From a virus: a stretch of 64,000 nt of DNA. The DNA is taken from IMG/VR virus record IMGVR_UViG_3300012798_000001, positions 1 through 64,000 of that record. One strand, given 5' to 3'. Position 1 is the stretch's first letter; every line of letters begins with the position of its first letter. Below, piece after piece: positions 60,726-64,000 of this stretch. The position numbers and the translations under genes were made by a program. Under the pieces are notes generated by a model. It ran no database searches. It was not told where the DNA came from and saw only the letters and a list, made by a program, of their open reading frames with translations.

Positions 60726-61484
60726 TTAGGCGGGGATGCGGTACACGGTTTTGCCGTCCACTTTTTCGGTTTCCACCGTAAGGCCCAACTTCACCTTAAT
60801 GGCCCCCGCAATGGCGCCGCGGGCCGTGTGGCGTTGCCAGCCAAAGGCATCCATGGCGTCGTCCAGAGTGCAACCCTCGGGCCGCCGCAACATGGCCACG
60901 AAACGGGAAAGCTTGGTGTCCCGCGGCGCCTTGGGCTCGGCCGGGGCCTTGGGCTTGCGGCCCGGCTTGCCCTTGGCAACCTTGGCCGGCTTGGCCGGCT
61001 TGGCAGCCTTGCCCTTGGCCGGCTTGCCCTTGCCGCGGGCCGCCTTGGCCGGCTTGTCCTGGGCCATGGGCCCCGTGGCCGGGCCCACCGAAACCACACG
61101 GGCCACAATGCCCTCCTCCTGGCCGGTTTCCGTGGCCCCGCCCACCACCACATGGCGGGCCGGATCTTCCACCAGGGCCACCACAGGGGCCCCGGACTCG
61201 GTGGCCGGGCCGCGGGCCGGCTCGCCAGCCGAGTTCGTACCCTCGGCGAAAGCGTAGGGCACCGGCTCGGTGGCCGGGCCGCCGGCCGACTCCTGGTCGG
61301 TGGGGCCGCCGGCAAATTCCCAACCCGGCGGGTTGGCGCTGGTGGACTCGGTGGCGTTGCTGGCCGGGGCCAGGGCGGGGAAAGTGAAGCCCCCATCGGT
61401 GGCGTACACGGTGGCCGGGTCAACACCCGCGGCCTTGGCTGCGCGGTTGGCGTTGCCCTTGGTGGTGTAAACCTTGGCAGTCAT
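60726..61484 (-). CDS. DUF3489-domain protein with Lys/Ala/Pro-rich linker
   Basis: The C-terminal 'KLSRFVAMLRRPEGCTLDDAMDAFGWQRHTARGAIAGAIKVKLGL...YRI' matches the DUF3489 pattern. Confidence 0.6.
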   Translation of the reverse strand: MTAKVYTTKGNANRAAKAAGVDPATVYATDGGFTFPALAPASNATESTSANPPGWEFAGGPTDQESAGGPATEPVPYAFAEGTNSAGEPARGPATESGAPVVALVEDPARHVVVGGATETGQEEGIVARVVSVGPATGPMAQDKPAKAARGKGKPAKGKAAKPAKPAKVAKGKPGRKPKAPAEPKAPRDTKLSRFVAMLRRPEGCTLDDAMDAFGWQRHTARGAIAGAIKVKLGLTVETEKVDGKTVYRIPA

Positions 61485-61536
61485 TTTCTTTCTCCGGGTT
61501 GCGGGCCGCCTGGATCGGGGCCCTTGCACTGCCTTG

Positions 61537-61563
61537 GCCCCGCGCGGCGCTGGCCGGCGGGGC
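61537..61563. repeat. conserved two-tier hairpin H4
   Basis: GCCCCGC-G-CGGC-GCTG-GCCG-GCGGGGC. Confidence 0.6.
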
Positions 61564-61582
61564 TGGGCTGGTGGCGGCCCGC

Positions 61583-61783
61583 CTAGTCCTCCTCTATTTC
61601 CGAGCCATCGGCGCGGGCCCACAGGCGGTAGTCGAAGCCGTGGCCCTGGCAAGCAAACTCGAAAACAAGATCCCCATTGCGGAGTCGGCTCCCGTATTTT
61701 CCAGTTGGGCTGTACCACCGATCGTTGTGTAGCAAGGTCCCAACGACCTTGGTGTACACGGCGATTTCAACGAAGTCGGCCAT
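61583..61783 (-). CDS. hypothetical protein
   Basis: 'MADFVEIAVYTKVVGTLLHNDRWYSPTGKYG'. TAATG coupling. Confidence 0.5.
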   Translation of the reverse strand: MADFVEIAVYTKVVGTLLHNDRWYSPTGKYGSRLRNGDLVFEFACQGHGFDYRLWARADGSEIEED

Positions 61784-61965
61784 TACTTGGACTCCTCGCG
61801 CTGGGCTTTGCACTCCAAGGTCACGTAACCGCCACCGGGCAGGGTAATGCGCTGGCCAAGGCTAGGAAGGCAGTCTTCCAGGGTAAGGTTGTGGTCCACC
61901 ACTTGGACCTCCTCCTGGCCCCCACCAACGGCAGTCACCAGCAATAGGGCATACAGGGTATTCAT
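61783..61965 (-). CDS. small secreted/anchored protein
   Basis: 'MNTLYALLLVTAVGGG' is a signal-like N-terminus. CCCGGAGAG SD. Confidence 0.5.
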   Translation of the reverse strand: MNTLYALLLVTAVGGGQEEVQVVDHNLTLEDCLPSLGQRITLPGGGYVTLECKAQREESK

Positions 61966-62133
61966 GGGGCTCTCCGGGTTGCGGGCCTTGGGCCCTAGTG
62001 GCGTTTCCGCCGTTTCGTTTTGGCCCCCCTTTATGGCTCGTTTCTGGGCCCTGTGGGAAGTCAAAAGCGGCGGAAAAGCGAGCAATTCCATTGCGTTGTG
62101 ATCCCCCCTACCGATAACAACCGAGTCACACAT

Positions 62134-62490
62134 ATGAGCCCTGGCCAGCCCCGCCATAGCCGGCCGGCCAAGGTTGCCTGGGGCCGCCTGTACAAGACTG
62201 CGCAATGGCGGGCCCTACGGCGGGCCCAACTACAGCGCGAGCCCCTTTGCGCCATGTGTACGGCCCTGGGGGTATTGCGGGCCGCAACGGTGGTGGACCA
62301 CATACAGCCCCACCGTGGCCGGGCCGCCCTTTTCTACAGCCCCACCAACCTGCAAAGCCTTTGCAAGGCCCACCATGACTCCACCAAGCAACGGTGGGAA
62401 AGGCTGGCCCTAGCTGAAACCGGGGCCGATGGCTGGCCCGCCGAGCCCAGCCCCGCCACCATGGCCCGGCCGGCCAGCCCAAGGCGGTAG
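62134..62490 (+). CDS. HNH endonuclease (packaging-associated type)
   Basis: 'CAMCTALG...VDHIQPHRG...NLQSLCKAHH'. Confidence 0.8.
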   Translation: MSPGQPRHSRPAKVAWGRLYKTAQWRALRRAQLQREPLCAMCTALGVLRAATVVDHIQPHRGRAALFYSPTNLQSLCKAHHDSTKQRWERLALAETGADGWPAEPSPATMARPASPRR

Positions 62491-63530
62491 CGCCGGGCCC
62501 GGCCGGCCAGGGCCCCAACGCACCAGGGCAGTCCGGCTGGACGGTTTGCCAGCTCGGCCACCATGGGCCCGCCCGCCATGGCCCCGGCCATGGGCCCGGC
62601 CTGGCGCAGTCCGTCCAGACGGTTTCCGCCCCAGCCCCGCCCGGCCCCGGCCAGGGCCCCACCACCAGAGCCAAGCGCCGGGGCATGGCCCCACCAGGGC
62701 CGCCCCACCAGGGCCAGGGGCCCAGCCCCGCCGGCCAGGGCCACCACCAGGGGGCAGGGCCCAGCTCCACCAGGGCCACCACCAGGGCCGCCGGCCCCAC
62801 CCTTTCGACCTGGTAGCGATCGGGCCCATCTACCAGCCGCCGACGATGAACCCCGCCCGCCGCTACTACCGCCCCGGCCTGGCGATCCGAGTGCCGAGCC
62901 ACAAGGCGGGCCGATGAACCCGCCCGGCGATCCAACTCCGGGCCGAGGGCGATCCGACCCGATCCACCAGCCGGCGACGATGAATCCCCCCCTAGGGAAT
63001 CGTACACGCCACCAACGATGAAAGAATCGATCTACCTCTACTCGTGGTGGATCGCATCGATCTACCGGGGCCGGCATGGAAGATCGAGGTGGGGTCCCCA
63101 CTCTGGGGAAGATCGGGGCGGCTTCGATTCGAAGGTCTGAATCGGGAACATCGGCTCGATTATTGCTCCAAACCGATCGAGATCTGATCGAGAATTGCTC
63201 GGGGAGCAACAGAATTGCTCGGCAGGGGGGGGTATGAGCAATCTTCGGGTCGATCCGGCCGGGGGCGGCGCGGGCAACTCTTTCTTAGACGCCGCAGTAA
63301 AATGAGGGGCCCTCAGATCTGAGCCCTCGCGAACCGGCGAAAGAAAATGCTCCGGGGGTCGCCCGAACGCGCGAGTCGTTGAAATTGCAGGGAAATTCCC
63401 TCCCTTCCCCTGCGCGAAGGCAAGACAAAAACACCTGCATCACGTCGGAAATCGGCGGGATCGCCGCTCCGACGTCTTGGCCACGCCAAGACAACCCCGA
63501 AAGAACGCCAGAACAACCGGTGCGAGACCT
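62491..63530. other. repeat-dense non-coding region, candidate cos/pac + promoter region
   Basis: Direct repeat CAGTCCG..C..GACGGTTT at 62529 and 62607. GGCCACCAGGGCC-type units at 62640-62800. Four CGATGAA copies at 62844, 62912, 62978 and 63016. AGAATTGCTCGG twice with inverted GAGCAA at 63191-63241. Palindromes CTCAGATCTGAG (63312) and GGGAAATTCCC (63390). Confidence 0.45.
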
Positions 63531-64000
63531 ATGCCCAAACCGAAGTTGAGCGCTCCGCGGCCAAGCACTGACCGCCCCGTGACTGGCCCGGAACTGCTGT
63601 CTCATGGGGGCAGCATCGCCATCCCCCCGGAGTGGCCAGCGCACCAGACCGAGGCCCGGCGGCTTGAGCAGCTCGTGCCCTACGCCCGCAACGCTCGGAC
63701 GCACACGGACGAGCAGGTTGGGCAGATCATGGCGTCGATGCGGGAGTGGGGCTTTACGATCCCGGTCCTGGTGGACGAGAGCGACAGCATCATCTGCGGT
63801 CATGGCCGCGTCCTGGCAGCCCAGCGGCTCGGCTACGAGCACGTCCCGGTCATGGTGGCCCGCGGCTGGAGCGATGCGAAGAAGCGGGCATACATCCTCG
63901 CCGACAACAAACTCGCGCTCAATGCCGGGTGGAATGACGAGCTGCTGCGGCTGGAGATCTCCGATCTCGCCGACATGGGCTTCGACATCCCGCTCCTCGG
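63531..64000 (+). CDS. ParB-like nuclease-domain protein, probably the N-terminus of a ParB-DNA methyltransferase (3' end outside window)
   Basis: 'LVPYARNARTHTDEQVGQIMASMREWGFTIPVLVDESDSIICGHGRVLAAQRLG'. Open to the window edge. Confidence 0.75.
   Translation, partial: MPKPKLSAPRPSTDRPVTGPELLSHGGSIAIPPEWPAHQTEARRLEQLVPYARNARTHTDEQVGQIMASMREWGFTIPVLVDESDSIICGHGRVLAAQRLGYEHVPVMVARGWSDAKKRAYILADNKLALNAGWNDELLRLEISDLADMGFDIPLL

Overview
High-GC (roughly two-thirds G+C by eye) temperate siphovirus or prophage sequence of alphaproteobacterial type. Almost the whole 64 kb is phage-like and lies in vegetative (lambda/HK97-like) order.

Modules:
- 1-20 kb (+): late genes. Portal (5' end outside the window), head-tail joining genes, an RcGTA/lambda-like tail module with a G/GT -1 frameshift, tape measure, ~1240-aa host-specificity protein, a pectate-lyase/S74 tailspike and a lysis cassette. 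Two reverse-strand morons sit here: a small membrane protein and an O-acyltransferase.
- 20.2-21.1 kb: AT-richer control region.
- 21-31.3 kb (+): about 30 translationally coupled small genes of unknown function.
- 37.3-31.7 kb (-): an accessory operon. It carries a TumE/TumA-like toxin-antitoxin pair, a macrodomain protein, four tightly packed tRNA genes (Ser-GCU, Ser-CGA, Gln-UUG and an aberrant Tyr-GUA-like one), a lambda-PPase-like phosphoesterase and tRNA-Met. It ends at a strong terminator.
- 37.87-38.08 kb: attP-like non-coding region.
- 48.06-38.08 kb (-): early-left operon with tyrosine integrase, Xis-like HTH, ERF recombinase, Gp157-like protein and small membrane proteins. It contains two blocks of degenerate ~100-bp repeats flanking one 190-aa gene.
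- 48.3-58.4 kb (+): early-right operon. It has a VRR-NUC nuclease, a replication initiator with internal iterons, a frame-split primase/helicase, two tandem Acb2-like genes and a C5 DNA methyltransferase.
- 58.6-62 kb (-): a short operon embedded in unusual GC-rich repeat and hairpin DNA.
- 62.1-64 kb (+): HNH endonuclease, a ~1 kb repeat-dense candidate packaging region, and the start of a ParB-domain gene that runs off the window.

No terminase, prohead protease or major capsid gene is recognisable in the window. No CRISPR array, reverse transcriptase or rRNA was seen.

All family names come from motif recognition by eye. No searches were run, and start codons of small genes are provisional.
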